64,000 bases of DNA, taken from contig DF237264.1 of assembly GCA_000708835.1 (NCBI GenBank), positions 1-64,000 of the forward strand, read 5' to 3'. The notes beneath the pieces are model-generated. The model made no database searches. It saw only the letters and a program-made list of their open reading frames with translations, and was not told the DNA's origin. The translations under genes were made by a program, and so were the position numbers. Of this stretch, positions 44,641 to 59,100 are shown in pieces. How positions within the stretch are numbered: position 1 is the first letter of the stretch; every line of letters starts with the position of its first letter. The DNA is from Klebsormidium nitens. Taxonomy: Eukaryota > Plantae > Klebsormidiophyceae.

Positions 44641-45327
44641 TGCATACCCTCGAAACAATTGGCCCTAGCGAATCGCACGTACATATTAGTGACAGACTCA
44701 GTGACTGAGCTGGCGCTTCCAACAGTCAGTACGCACGCTCTTGGACCCGCTAGAAAAAGTTTGGAACCGTCGATCGATGGGGGCAGCCCCCAACTTTGAC
44801 CCTCTGGATCGTTCGATGGGGTTAGCATTAAATGCTCTCTGGCAACCGCAAATGTGGACCCTAAAGTTTGCTGGCGACGCCCTCCGGTAATTAGAGTGAG
44901 GGCGTCGCCGCGTTCCCGAACTTTCGTCTTGACACAGCCTGCCAATTGGGCACAGAAAAGGTTGGTGGTGTCAAAGCCCCAGAAGCGTGCGTACTGACTG
45001 CCAAGGGCTCGTGAGCAATTGCAAGCCGTACGTTGTGGCCACGTGGTATACCTGGGACCCCATCTTGGAAGCCTCGGCACCGTCGATAAACTAACCGTAA
45101 GGTTGAACGGGCGCGAACTTCATTATCATACCGTCTACGGTACAGTATTAAAAGCCACACAGATGGGAGGAAGGGAGTGATGGACACTTCTCTTATAATA
45201 GTTATATAGCCCGAGCGCACGATCGAAGGCATGGGGGGGACATTCGGACATGGTAATCTGTACTTGCAGTACTTGGGACAATTGACATTCCAAGCGCCAC
45301 ACGGAGGTAACAGAGCACCGCACTCAA

Positions 45328-45612
45328 GAGGCCTATCCTGGACCCGGAGGTCGCAGAGTCGCGGTGAAGGTCGCGGACGAAAGTCGCGGAAAGTCGCGAA
45401 AAGTCGCGGAACGTCGCGGAGCATTGCAAGCATATAAACATAAAAGTTGCTTCAAAACATGCTTTTCAAAGATTGATAAAGTCGCGGTCAGTGAAGGTTG
45501 CGAAGTTCGCGGAACAAAGTCGCGGACTCAGTCGCGTAAAGTCGCGCAGAATCGCGGAAAGTCGCGCAACGTCGCGGGCAACTCTGGCAACCTCCGGGCC
45601 CAGGATAAGCCA
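45328..45612. mobile_element. MITE-like element with 25-bp inverted ends and an internal GTCGCG array
   Basis: ggcctatcctggacccggaggtcgc and gcaacctccgggcccaggataagcc match at 22/25 as inverted repeats. More than ten co-oriented (AAA)GTCGCG(G)-type motifs lie inside. Confidence 0.7.
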
Positions 45613-47133
45613 ATTAGGAGCAATTGCAGTACGGTATTCCTACGGTAAGTACTATTCACCGTTGTGTACACTCGACGTTCAACTGAGCGTCACGCCTTCT
45701 GACCCCTGAAGATCATCTGCGGCCATACACTAGTACAACAGACGCTCATATTGTCAGAGCACAACTCGTAGAGACTCGCGGCACTGCATTGCTAGCGCTG
45801 AACGCCGTTTGGAACTTCATTAAATCGCATGATTAGCAGATGCCTTGTATTGTCGTCAATAGAGGAGAGAAACCTAAGTCGCGCAACAGTATAAATAGAA
45901 CTGGAGCGTTGCCGAAACAGGTGTCACACCCGCCATTTGAACGGGTACGTACTCTCCGGAAGCAGCTTATGCTAATCCCGAACTTCTGACAGGCAGTCAG
46001 TAAGGACGTCAAATTGTAGCGGCATATCATATGATATAGTCGCCGATTGCGCACTGAGATTTTGACAACTTTAATCAAACGCACCTCATTGTCAACACTG
46101 GACGCAGCCCCGAACATGCAGTCCTAACAAACGTTTTGCTATATCAGCATCCATCTGCGGCCCAACACGTGACTCCGGCAGATCCTCTCAAAAAGAGATC
46201 TGGCATGTGCACTATATTCATGTGTAACTTAACGTCACTTCGCGACTGCTACTTAGTACAGCCCGACGTCGACTGCTTCCACACCTCACTATATCTTGAA
46301 GATGGCTCTCGTTTTCGGGTCGCCATATATGTGAATCCCTTTCCGGAATTACAAACTTGGGGCTTAACAACAGGGCAACGGTGCCTGCATGAGGCTCAAA
46401 TTCGAGTTGCTCGGACCGCCTGCATGTCAATATGAGGCTATGCGACCTAACTTAGATTTCGTCCCTCTAGCGTAAATATCTTGTGGCAGCTGTCCGAACT
46501 GGTGGCACTAGTTCCACTTCAGTCGTAAGCAGTGACTGTTGCATGCACTTTGGACAATCTAGACATTACAAATTACCCGGAGCCTAGATTACTCTAGACA
46601 ACTGAATGCCTGATCACTGTCTCACTGTACTTTTTCCTGACCCGTAGGCTTAGAAGTTACCACTATGAAACCTCAACCGCGTCTCAGGCAATCCAATGAA
46701 GTTCGGGAAAACTTCCAATCATCGATTAGACGCCGTGCCTTCAGTGTAGACATCAGGCTTGGTTTTTGGACTCGACACACTTTTCTAGTGTTTTGAGTCT
46801 AGTCATGCAGTACGAAACGGGGTCTTGTTCGATCAACGTACGTAAAAGCAGATGATTACAGAACACTGCCAGTGTCAGTACGTTGATGCTCCCATTGGTA
46901 TACACGACACTGTTTTCAAACAACTTTCAATTTATTGTTCAAACCACGTCCAATTTATTGTCCGCATGGCGAATCACACCGCGTTGAAACTTGTGCAAGC
47001 CTTTCGATTGCACTTTTACGAGTATCGTTCTACACATTGCTACGTAACGTTACAGAAGTGCTCCTGAAACCGTCATTGAAGGGCGCAGAGTCGCTCTGCT
47101 TTCCGCCAGATCGATGTTAGTGGACCGGAACGG

Positions 47134-50100
47134 CTAGAAGTGCACCGGAAGCGCTGTCTTCTTGCCGCACAAGTTCTCCACAAGTCTCAGTGTCATGGAA
47201 ACGAGCCTGCACGTGAAGCAACGACGCCGTTATTTCAGTCCAAGATTTCGAGCCGACTCTCTGGGGCGGAGACCCACACGCATCTAGTGAAGCTGGAGTA
47301 ACTTCACCAGTTACTTTTTGCATGGTAAGTCCTTTCTCTGTTTCAAGATATTAGAGAGACAAATATGAACGGGTATGAGGTGGGCGTAGGGGTACCGTTA
47401 AGTGACTTATCTTCAAAATAGTAAAGCCTTATACCGGATTCGATTTTGATTGACGTCTTTACCAGATGCCGGAAGGGGAACGACCGCTTGCATTCGACTC
47501 TTGCTGCAGAAGAAAATACCTGATTCAGACCGAAAAACGCGTATTCTCAAGGACAAAAGCTGACAAACCGCTAACTCAAGTCTTTCAAAATGCGCGCACA
47601 GACTCCGACTCGAGGAATGAAGGGTGATATACGTACTGTGCGTCGCCGATGCGTTAACGGGCGCTTGCCGACTCCAGCGATCTTGCAGATCTCGAGATTT
47701 ACAAGAATAGTTCAAAAAGACCTGGAGTACAGAAACCTAACCAAGTGAAGACCTTAAACAGAAGGTGCCCACAAGCGATTTTGAAAACAAGATGCGAACA
47801 GGCTGTCGGATGCTGGTAGCACATAGGTTACAATTCCGAGCAACGATCGCGCGTCTTAAAGTTTACATGCGCTAAAGATACCCTGCAGGTTGAAAGCGTT
47901 GGTGACGTCAGCAGCACCGAGCCTTGAGCCTTTCGTCGGGAACCTTCCCCCAGTGAGAAGACGGACAAAAACAAAGAAACGTAACATGGGGCTTGCGCGC
48001 GCGCGGTCGCGCGTTGAAGACCGCCGCTCAAGATGGCCAGCAGCTTGGACTTACTGCGACTGGAAAGGAATATGAGCTCTGGGCTATCAACCAAGAAAAT
48101 AATCATTAAACTAAAAAGTGACGGGCGCGCGCGCGCTCACGCGTTGACTACGCCGCTGAAGATGGACAGCAGCTGCAGCGCAATCATGGTGTAGCCCAGC
48201 GCCTCCTCGTTCCTGCGCAGCTGCCCCTTCGAGTTGACGTCCTGCTTCACCACGAGCGCCAACGCCAGCGTGACGACAGCAAGCTCGCACACGGTGCTGA
48301 AAATCTCGGCCAGCTGGAGGGGCGCGCGGATGAAGGGCTGCGGCGACACAGAGTTTGGCGATTCAATCACAGTTCTCCGAACCAACCCCGTGCGAGATTC
48401 TACGGGACGGGTCTCTCGTTGGAAGCCTCTTGTGGATCTGTTTCGGGTCACTTTGACGTCAGTGAAATTGGCAAAACGTACAGCGGCCGAACAGCAGCTC
48501 GGCCCGCACGGGCGGACGAAGGATTGCGGCGGAAGGGGTTTCAATTGAAAAGCAAAACGCAACTGACATGTTTAATTGAGCAATTTCAACCGTTCAGATC
48601 GAAGCCTCGAGAAATTGAGTGTGTGAAGAAAGCAAAGACGATGAAGACGAGTTCGGAGGAAGGGGCCCGTTTGAGGGTTTGTGGCCTCACCTTAAGGAGG
48701 ACCAGCACAATGACGAAAAGTCCGCGCATGGAGACGATAAGGCAGACCTGCCAGTACGACGAGCGCACGCCGTGCGTGGCGCCCAGCAGAGCCGCTTCAA
48801 TGGCCTGCATTCGGGGGCACTTGACTTTTGAGAAGAAGATAGTAACGGGTGGATGACTTGGGTAGTCAGGTCGTGATCATAAGGCTCAGGTCCTGAACCC
48901 CAAAGGTCAAGATGCAAGTAACCGGTGAGTCTTAGCCAGCAGAGCCGCTTCCATCTCTTGGATCGTAGGGAGAGTTGGCTTGTGATTAACGATGAGAACG
49001 GCGAGGTTTACTTCGAACATCGGTGATTACGATTTGCGAGATGCAGGTCTCAACAGAGATGTAAGCACTCGCACACCGTAAAATGCAAGCACACGTGAAT
49101 GCATGTGAAAGCAAAGACTTGACTCAACGCCTGCTGGACCATTTTCTCTCCCAAGTGGTGAAAACCCTACGATCCCCAAAGGCCGTAGAACCCGGGCGCC
49201 ATCTACTCATCACAAATGATACATCGTCTTGAAATAACAGAAACATTGAAACTCTAGTTCTAAGACCTTGGAACTCTACGATTCTAAGAACCCAAATCAC
49301 GTAATTGGGGCCCCGCCTTACTTACCACCACCAGCACTGGGTACATCATTTCCGACCCCAATTTCTCAAACCTCCTTAAAACCTTCAGATTCTACGATTC
49401 TAAGAATCCAATCACGTCATCGGGCCCCCGCCCTACTTACCACCACCAGCAGGTACATCATTTTCCACCCCGGCCGGAAGTGCGTCGCGAAGCCCACTCT
49501 TCCGACCCGATGAACCGACCGCACGTTTTGCAACCGGGAGAGTTTCCCGGACGCTTTGCCGGGCGCCGCCTCGAGCGGCGCCTCCCACTTGACCGACGTG
49601 GGTCTTGCGCCAACTTTTTCTTCCGCGGGTGTGACGTGGACGACGTGCTTCCCCTCCTCCTCTTGGACTTCAATGACGTCAGCAAGTGGCCCGCTCCTGA
49701 CCTCTGGCAATGAGTCGCTATTCTTCTCGGTAGACAAGTCCTCGCCCACTTCCGGTGCCGCGCCGGAACGACTGGTGAGCGGAACGGAAAAGTCTTCTAC
49801 GAAATCCTCCTCTCGGGCGCCAGAAACGATGGAATCGACGGCCGGAGACCATGAATCGCTTCTTCGGGAGCGCGTCTTTAAGGACAGAGTGGTCGGGGCG
49901 CCCTTACGGGTCGCCGAGCGCATCAGCGACCCGGCGATGTTCACCAGTTCGGAGGGGCGACCGGAGTAGTCGGCGTAAAAGTACCCGTACTTCGCACGGA
50001 AGAGGTCGCCTTCTTCGGAGTCTACCGGCTCCCACGAACCGACGAAGGGGGCTCTGAACCAAGCCGTGGAGGCCCCCCTGCGTCGTTGCTCGGAGACGAA

Positions 50101-53100
50101 AGCGACCGACTTGCTCTGGGGGAGAAGAAAAGCCGCAACTTCTCGAAACCTCTCTTTTTCTTGATATTAGTGAATGGGCTTCTTCCCTTTGAAGGTGTCT
50201 CGAACTTCAAGCCGGAGCGGGCAATTTATTTTATACTAGGAATCTGCATCTCATTGCGAGTCAGGCACACTCTAAGCAGGTGAACGCATCGATCCGCTAA
50301 AACATACAAATCAAAAGGTCTGGGTTTACCCGAGACTTCAGAGCGGAAGTGTGACCAAGTCAGAAGAGAGCAAAAAAGGGAGGTCAAATTGTCAGGGGGG
50401 TACTGAGCATTTAGAGATTGGAAAGGGCGATCTAAAGGCTTCTAAACAGCTGAGAGCACGGAGTCAAAAGGGAATGTTTGGTACAGCGGGCTCTGATCGT
50501 CACCGGAAGAGAGAAAATCGGAGGCAGCAGTAAAAGCAGCACTTCGCTCAAGCACCAAAAACACGGATGTGGTTGATTTACACTCGTATGTAAGGGTTGC
50601 AAAGACTCCCAAAGATTTTGATGTAGCGAAGGTGGAAAGCGCATACGTGGCGGAAGGATGAGAGCTCTCACCATGTGCACGTGGCGCCACAGGATTGACA
50701 GCACGAACAAGAAGAAAACGAGGATGAGGAGCAGAACGGCCAGGCCCAGTACTATGCCCGCTGGCGATTTACCTGCGCGGAAGAGTCAGCACATTCTCAA
50801 CATGGTGTACACGAAAAACTCGAAGAAGAACGAATCAGTGCGGCCTAGCGTGGTAGAGTGACTTGGAACCCGAGCATGCTCTAGAAACGAGAACGAAAAC
50901 AGATTCTACTGAGAGAGTGCGGGACAGAACTACGTTTTTTTGTCTTGACGGGGACCACATGTGATGTAGAGCTTTGCACAGACAAGTCTTCCGGTATTCA
51001 TGGCCCCTTCTCTACAAGATTCATTAGCGCATCTTTGCACGACACGTGTCACCACTCACCCACGATCGCTCCCAGCGCGACGTAAGCGAGCGCCACGATT
51101 GCGACGGAGAAGAAGGTCAGCTCTAGGGCGGGGAACACCAGGAACGAGGGGACCGCTTCTCGTTTGAGGAGTCGCGCCAGAGGTTTCGAGGCCAGCTGGA
51201 GAAGTCCGATACAAATCAGGATCATGGTGATCCAAAACACCGCCCGGAGAAAGCCGCGCAGCCTGCAGATTATGTGGCAGAGAGTGATTTCGAAAGTGAG
51301 TATATCCTCGTAAGTACCCAAATCAATCGTTTAAGTCCGAGGGTTTAGGGAAGTAAGCACAGTCACCGTCTTCTCGTAGAAAAGAGAGCTTCATTAAGAT
51401 TGCCAGAGTGCGGAAGACAGGCGGAGTTGGTCTGGATAATCAGGATATTCCCACGAACAAAGCTGCGCGAGCGTCAAACACAGGCCGGTTCAAAGACCCG
51501 TCGCATCTATTTCCTCACCCGTTATGGCCCACCGTATGGAACAGGTTGAGCGTATTCACACTCAGCTCTTGGCTGTAGATTTCGGCGCGCGCCTCGTAGG
51601 AGATGTTTCCTTCGCTGAAGGTCACGGGACGACCCTGGTTGATCAGCGACGCGTTAGCCGGAATGAAACGGTTCGTCGTTGACAGATTAAACGGAACGGG
51701 CGGAATTGTCCCGTCGAAAGGACCGGGCACCGCGGTTCCGTTGGTAGACGTTCTGCTGTTAGCCGTTCCGTTGATTACTGTTCCGTTCCCCAGCTGGGCC
51801 TGGAGCAGCCGCCGGCCGAGCCGCTCCCTCGTAGCCGCTAGCGTTCCGTTCGTTCCGCCGGACGGAACGCCGGAACTTAGCCCCTGTGGGCGGTCCGTAT
51901 AGGGGATGGGGCTGTCGCGCGTGATTCTGTCGAATGGCGACGGCCAGCGCATCAGGGAGAAGGAGAGAGCGGAACTGGCGTCGATATAGGGCGTCGGCAA
52001 CGGGGCGTTGAGGCTCTGGCGGGCGGCAAACAGGCTCAAGCTGGAAGCCACGTTCTGCGGAAACAACCAGAGGTTTTAGGATTTCCAAATACTGATGGAA
52101 GTTTGAGATCGGAAAGCAAAAAACCTTCGCGGAGGATTAGACGACAGTTTGAAGACAATTCAAGAAACAATTCTTGAAAACTACGTGGACTCTCCGTGAG
52201 ATCTTTCAGGACATGCAGTTCATCGGCCGGAGCTTTTGGCACTGAAAAGGCGCTTGAGAAGATTCTGAGTCCGGCTGATCAGAGCCTCCTTATGAATCTT
52301 GCGGAAGCCCTCTGGGTAGCGGCAAACGAGAGGACTGAGAAGCTGGCGAAAGCGAACAGACATGTAGAAAGCCGAAGGTCTGACGTCAGCATTCACGATG
52401 GTGCCCGTCATGATTTCTCGTGTACCAAGAATCAAATCCTGGACACGGTGCAGCGGAAGAATATAACATGGGAAACCAAACAGGTAGGAATGCTGAACCC
52501 AAGAGGAACAAAATTGAAGACGCACGACCTGACTCCTCGTGTAACCAAGAGACAAACGGTAGGGGAGTCTTTGGCCCTCAATCATGTTTGGTTATGGGCT
52601 AGCTATGGGCTGGTCACAAAAGGCTTAACTGTCGAGGAACCAGACTTGCGCGATGATAATTTGGAACAGGGTTAACATCAACCTGAGAATCGATTCTGAT
52701 GAACAGCCTGGTTAACAGCCAAGATCTCCCCTGAAAGCAAAAAGAGCTGAAGCTCTGCAGGCTGCGCTCAAGATGATCAAGCTCGAAGACGCAAAACCGT
52801 GTACCCAGAAACGAAAAATGGGGGAGGGAAGCAAGAACTAAAGTCGAAGCTATGCAGTTTGCACTTACGATTAACGAGCTTGAGGACGAAAGAATTGCAT
52901 TCTCGTGTATCAATGTGACTGAAGATTGGAAAGAAAGTGAAAGAGTCGAAGCTTTTCCTTCTGCACTGACAATGAACAAGCTCGACAACGCCTGGAAGAC
53001 TCATATGATCGTGCACAAAGAAACGAAAGATTCGAAATGATAGCCAATAAAGGCCGGAACTCTGTCGTCTGCACTCACAATGAACAAGCTCGACGACGCC

Positions 53101-56100
53101 TGGATGAAGAAAGTTCCCGCCGCCATTACCCCCAGCGACGCGATCGCGGCCGCGCGCACGCCCGTCTGGAGCCTTTGGTCAACGTTGTCTACGAGGGTTT
53201 AAAGGTTTCAGGGTGTTAGGAGACGCTAGTTAGAGCCGCTGTTCACTTCTACATTCGAGGAAACCCTATTTTGAGCTTCTTAGATTGTGTTCCGATTGCG
53301 TTCATGGGGGTTTGTCCAGTGATTGAAGCACGCTGAAGGCAGGAGTGTCGTTACGCAAAGCCCTAACGGCATCAAAGATGCTCGCTTTCAAAGTAATAGC
53401 GGCTTTGGATGTATGTAAGCTCATTACGCCTGGATGATTTTTGGGCGAAAGCAGACTGTTTGCAGACCTGGCTTATGGGTTCACGAGAGGGATGGAGCCT
53501 CAGGCGGCGATACAATCCCATTTTTCAGCCTCCAAATCAATCTGCCGGTACTCTAGTTTGCATGCAGCAGAATTTTGAAAGCATTGAACGGTAGGTCCAG
53601 ATTGAAATGCCTCGCGGCGACTTACTTTGGGGGCTTGGAAGCTTCAACTTTATCGTTAGAACGGTTTCATACTAGACGGCGCTTTCCGCCTTCGCAGAAG
53701 TCTTCGAAACCCCGGACGAGCAAGCGCCCAACACGCGGGGGGGGGAAAACAAGTGCCGAGAGAGCAAGCGGCCACGTGGCGCACTGCGAGTGGCGAGAAT
53801 GGTCGCTTACAGTTGAGCACTTGCAGCTGATTGGACGCCGTGTTCCCGATCCCCACGATGCTGTAAGCGCTGTCCGCGGGGGCTTGGATCACGAGGTTAG
53901 CGTTCGGGTCAATGACCACGGTTAAGACGTACGAAAAGCCGTCTGCGGTGGCGGCATTCGGACCGGCCCTGCAGCGGACAGAAAATTGGTTCCAACCGTA
54001 ACCGAGAACGTGTTACGAGAGGATTCAGGGCTGGGTTGTGAATGTGAGCCAGTGCTTATGGCTTTTGTGCCTGCCAAGGCCGCTATAAGCGGAGTGGGGA
54101 CGGTATTAAAACGACTTCAACAACGCTTTCGGCGGGCTCTCGGGCGGAGAACTTTGCAGTGAATCATTACCTATGTCAGCAGGAAACACCGGAATCCGAG
54201 ATCTTAAAGCATTTAGTCGGGGACGGGTCAAAATTACCGCAGAAAGCCGATGACACGTAAGAACGATCAGTAAGTAAGAAAAGTTCTGTGTTAAAAGTTG
54301 ACAAAGCTCTCCGCATCAACCATGACGAAACCCAGGAAGCTCTTTCCAAGCCTGAAGTTGCAAGCCTCTGGCGAGCCCTGCAACCACCAAAATCTTCTAA
54401 GTCAGAAAGTATCCGGCACTCACTTACCGAAGTTTTATCGTGTTGTTGAGGTTACAAAATGTAAAGTTTGACTCACTCGATCAGCGTCCCGTTTTGGATG
54501 ATCATCGAAGTCGCGTCGAACCCCAGAACTCGCTTGTCGAACGACAGCACGACGGTCACGACGCGGTCGGGGGAAACCCCCGGGTCCGGCGAGAGTGACA
54601 CGACGCCATTCGGATCCTTATTCACCAGTTGCAGGAGGGCGCTGGGGGGAACAGTGTCTGCACGGAATTAACGGAGCAACGTATGGGTGTGATTCCTTGT
54701 TGCATTCGTAAATGAGCCGTCACTACAGCCGTTGGGCAAAAGCGCCGCGAGCAATGCTGGGGTGTTCGAGGAAAGCCGCGTTCAAAATCCAACTAGTTAA
54801 ATCTTCAGATTGCAGCGGGTTGTGGAGTGGTTCCAGTCAGAGCGTAGGTACAACCGGATGAATAAGATTCTTCAATTTAGCAATAGTAAGCTTCAGCAAT
54901 AGTAAGGTAACTGGCAGCCTGGGACGGGTAGGGTTAGTTTGGGGGTTAGGGTGGGTTCGGGTGCGGAGCGGGTGATTATGTGGTTTAGGTTTTTAGTGTT
55001 AGTGCAGAAGCTTAATATTGCTAGCTCTTACTATTCCTAAATTCAAGAGACATCGGATGAATGCGAAGGAGAGCAGTACAGTACTGACCGTAGTATATGA
55101 CGTAGGCAGCCTCCGACGTCACTTGGATGGGGTTCCCCGCCTGGTCGAAAATGTTCCCGGGATTAACCGCAACTCTCAGCAGCTGTGGGCCGGAGCCAGC
55201 CGGGACTACCTGGAGCAATCAGGGCATTTTTCTGATCAGAAGAGTACATCCATTTCGTGAACGTTTACTCACGTGGGCGCTTTTTGAATATAGAAAAGCT
55301 ACCAACAAAAGATAGAAGAGCCACCGCCCCCTTCTCTCTATGCCTTCGCTTAGAGCTTTTGTTGTATAGAATTCTCAAACACTGATAGTTTGACAAAAAA
55401 AGGTATTTTGCTGTAGGTTGTAAAGATCCATCCAAATCTTATGTTTCAGGTTTGGAACACCCATGGAACAAATCGGCCTGGGTCCTTTCAGAATCAGCGC
55501 CTCAAAGACTGGGCTCCAAATGATGGTAGTCCTCTCGAGGTGTTCGAAGATGACGCAACTCCTGTTTAAATTTTTTTAGTTGACAGCAAGTTTATCTTGA
55601 TTTACTGTGTGTCTTGTTGCAATCGGAAGAGGGGCTTCCAGATGAAGACGAAGAGCATCGAATTGTGGAAAGCTACAAAGCATTCTTATACGCCGCTCGA
55701 GCGCTCGCCTGAAAGCTGTAGGCGACCGTTCCGGACGAGTTCCCCCCCAGCGCGGTCGCCTGCAAAAGCGCCCTTCTCCGCGCCCTTCCAGTTGGATCTT
55801 CTTTCTTTACGTTCACAATCTGGGCTCCCTCCAGGTTGAAGGAGTCGGGGCTCAGATCGCCGATCGGTTCGCTGGCAACCGCGTAACCCGGGAAAGGCTG
55901 GATCGTCGCCCAGGTTATGAAGACGGTTTGCTGGCCCGTGGAGGCGTCGATGAAGACCTGGGGGGACTCGGTGCTGTCTGCTTCGAGGGCGATCGAAATG
56001 GTCGGGGAGACCGTATCTGCAAACAAGTCAAGTTAACGAGAATCATCTTCTTTGTCTTCAATCCAGAGGTGAAATTGTTACACGGAGGGTAGGGCGATCA

Positions 56101-59100
56101 AATCGGTAGGTGCGCCCATTTAAGCGGACAAGACGTTGCGACTCATAGTCGTTTCACAAGAGACGACATGATTAGGGCTCAATAGAGGGAGCGGCTCTCC
56201 TTGTCGAAAGTCTTCGTCACATGTTTGGGGAAGTTCGCAGACGACACTGACAAAGCGAGAAGAGAACATCTGGCCGAGGGTGTCTGCAGAAGCGGGTGCC
56301 GCTCAGGTGGCCCAAACCGCAAAAGTGTTTCAGTTTTGACTTGGGAACACAACGTGGAAGACGCTAAGGTGACGTCAGTTGAAGCTGAGATGGCGTTGGC
56401 ACGAAAGGCGCAGTGGCCTAGAGGAGTATAAACAAGTCTCCAGCTTCCGTTAGCACGTGCAGACGCTGCCCGTCTGCTGCTGAACGAAACTCAACGTTCA
56501 GAAAATTACAGATTACCCGCAGTCATCTCTGGAGCGACACATCCCCATATTTGCCGGTCAAGCTGCTCAAGAGCACACTCACCTCCGTAACTCAAGCCAT
56601 GATAAATCGAAGTGATTTGCGTGATTTGAACAGATTGTTTGTTTCATACATAAAAGAGTCGCGAAACGCCCTGTACTCACCAACGGTGAAGAAGGTGCTG
56701 AGTAATGCGACAGGGGCAGGCGCTTCCGGGGCGGGGTAAAAGGCGACCGTCACCCTGTGGTAGCCGTCTGACAGGTCGCCCGGCTGGGAAACCGCCTGGG
56801 TGCCTCCGCACGCCTCGGGGGTTCCGTCGTCGATCTTGGAAAAAGATGCAATCAACGAGAATTTGAGACGGGTCAAGGCCACACAAAAAGTGAGAACGAT
56901 GCACGCGCAATCAGTCTCGTTCTCGATCAGCGCGTCGCGGTAACGGATTGAGCTTGCGCTTTTATATTTGAGCGAAGGCTAGATCACCCCCTGCGCTGTA
57001 CGATGTCTCGATTCCGTGTCAGGACATTTGTTGCACAAGCACAAATTGCATCCTCCGTTTCTGCAATTGTACGCGCAAACCGCACCCTCCGGTGCTCCAA
57101 AACGTACGCCATTTTCTGTCACCATTCCATCGTTCAGAGAGTGGAATCTCCTTTGCCCGCTACGTTCGCACTAAAAGGTTACCACGTGCCATCGCCTCAC
57201 CTGGCACAGAGCCGTGCACGTGGGCCCGCAGAGGTCTGCCGTAGCTCCGGTGAGCTGATAGGGTATGGTCACCTTGGCATCGTTCGTAAAGTCCTTCGCT
57301 TTAGGCACCTGCAAAGGTCGAAGAGTAAACACGAAAGCGGAACTTCATGCTTCGCGACTTTGCATCCTTGCAAGCATTCAAACGGTCGTGAGAAGAGCAC
57401 TTCCGTTTCAAAGGATCGCAGAGGAGATTTGAGTGAGCTGGATAGAAGGGCTTTTTATTGTGAATCGAATGAAAGCTCGTCCACATCTTCTTCTCAGATT
57501 CTCGCTCTTAAAGCGCTGAACGACGGCAGAGACCTGTAGGATCGTTTTTCCGTTGCACAGATTCGCGGTCTGACGAGACTGTGCAAGAATTAGTGACTGA
57601 GCCTCGAGCCCGTCTCTACACTACGGAGCCCACATCAAGTTCTCACCTGAAGAACGCCACCAAAGTTCTGGGGCGTCGGACTGTTAAACTCGGCCGCAAA
57701 CTCGGCAGAACCGGGTATGGACTCCAGGTATTTCACCGTCCTCAAAAGCTGGGAGGATTCGGCCGGTTGGAACTCTCCGGGCAGACCCGGAACGCTTATC
57801 GTGTTCGTGGTGCTCGGGCTGACGACGTTCGAAGCGGGGACCTCGGTCGGAACGACGACCGGGGGCTGCGTGACGACGTCAGCCGGGGTGGGCACGGGCG
57901 TCAAGGGTGACGTCAGCAAGGCGACGGTGGGCTTGGGAGTAGAAACCGGGGCGGGGGTAACTAGAGTGGGGGACGGCGTCTTGGGCGAGACCGTCACGGT
58001 GGGAATCGGCGAGAGCGAGGGAACCGGAGAGATCGAAGTGACTGGAGTGCTGGTAGGGCTCGTAGACAGAGTAGTAACCGGGGTTTCGGTAACCAGGACC
58101 GACTGAGAGCTCATCGGGGTTTGGGTGGTTTCAGGAACCTCGGTCGTGACCGGGGTTTGCGTCGTAAGTGGAGGCTGACTAGTTTCTGGGGTTTCTGTTG
58201 TTGATGGGGTCTGCGTTGTGACCGGAGATTGGGTTGTCTCCGGGGACTCCGTAACGAGCGGGGTTTGGGTTGTAACCGGCAACTGGGTTGGGGCTGCGGT
58301 TACGACTGGGTTCTCAGTTCCCAGCGGGGTTTGGGTGTTAACCGGAGGATCGGTCGTGGTTAGGGTCTGGGTTGTGACCGGGGTCTGCGTGAAGACTGGG
58401 GATTGGGTTGTAACCAACGTCTGGGTTGCTTCCGGAGGTTGCGTAACAACCACTGGCAGGGTTTGCGTTGTAACCGGCACCGGGGTTGAGATTGGGGTTG
58501 CGGTTTCAACCGGGGACTGGGATCCAAGCGGGGTTTGACTGATAACGGGGGTTTGGGTTGTGACCGGCGCTTGGGTTGAGATCGGGGCTTGAGACCCAGT
58601 CGGGGTTTGGGTTAAAGCCGGGGTTTGGGTTGTTTCTGGGGCTTGCGTAACCGTCATTTGAGATGATACCGGCCCTTGGGTTAAGATCGGGGCTGGGGTT
58701 AAGACTGGGGGCTGAGACCCAGTCGGGGTTTGGGTTAAATCCGGAGTTTGAGTTGTTTCTGGGGCTTGAGTAACCGTCGATTGGGATGAGACCGGAAGTG
58801 GGGTTTCTATCGGGGCCGAGGTTGCGAATGGGGGCTGAGATCCGACCGCGGTTTGGGTGTTAACCGGGGGCTGGGTTATGGTCAGCGTTTGGTCGAAAAC
58901 TGGGCCCTGCGTCGTGCCTACTCCCGTCGGGACTGGAACTGCAGCTGTTTGCCCCGGTTCAGGGGTCCCAACCGGTGCTGACGTCACTTGGGTAGTCATG
59001 CCCGGAGCGGTCCCCACCGGTGCTGACGTCACCTGGGCAGGAGCACCGGTGCTTTCAATCGGCGAGCTGGGAGCGGGCGTCGCATCGACCGTAACAAGAG

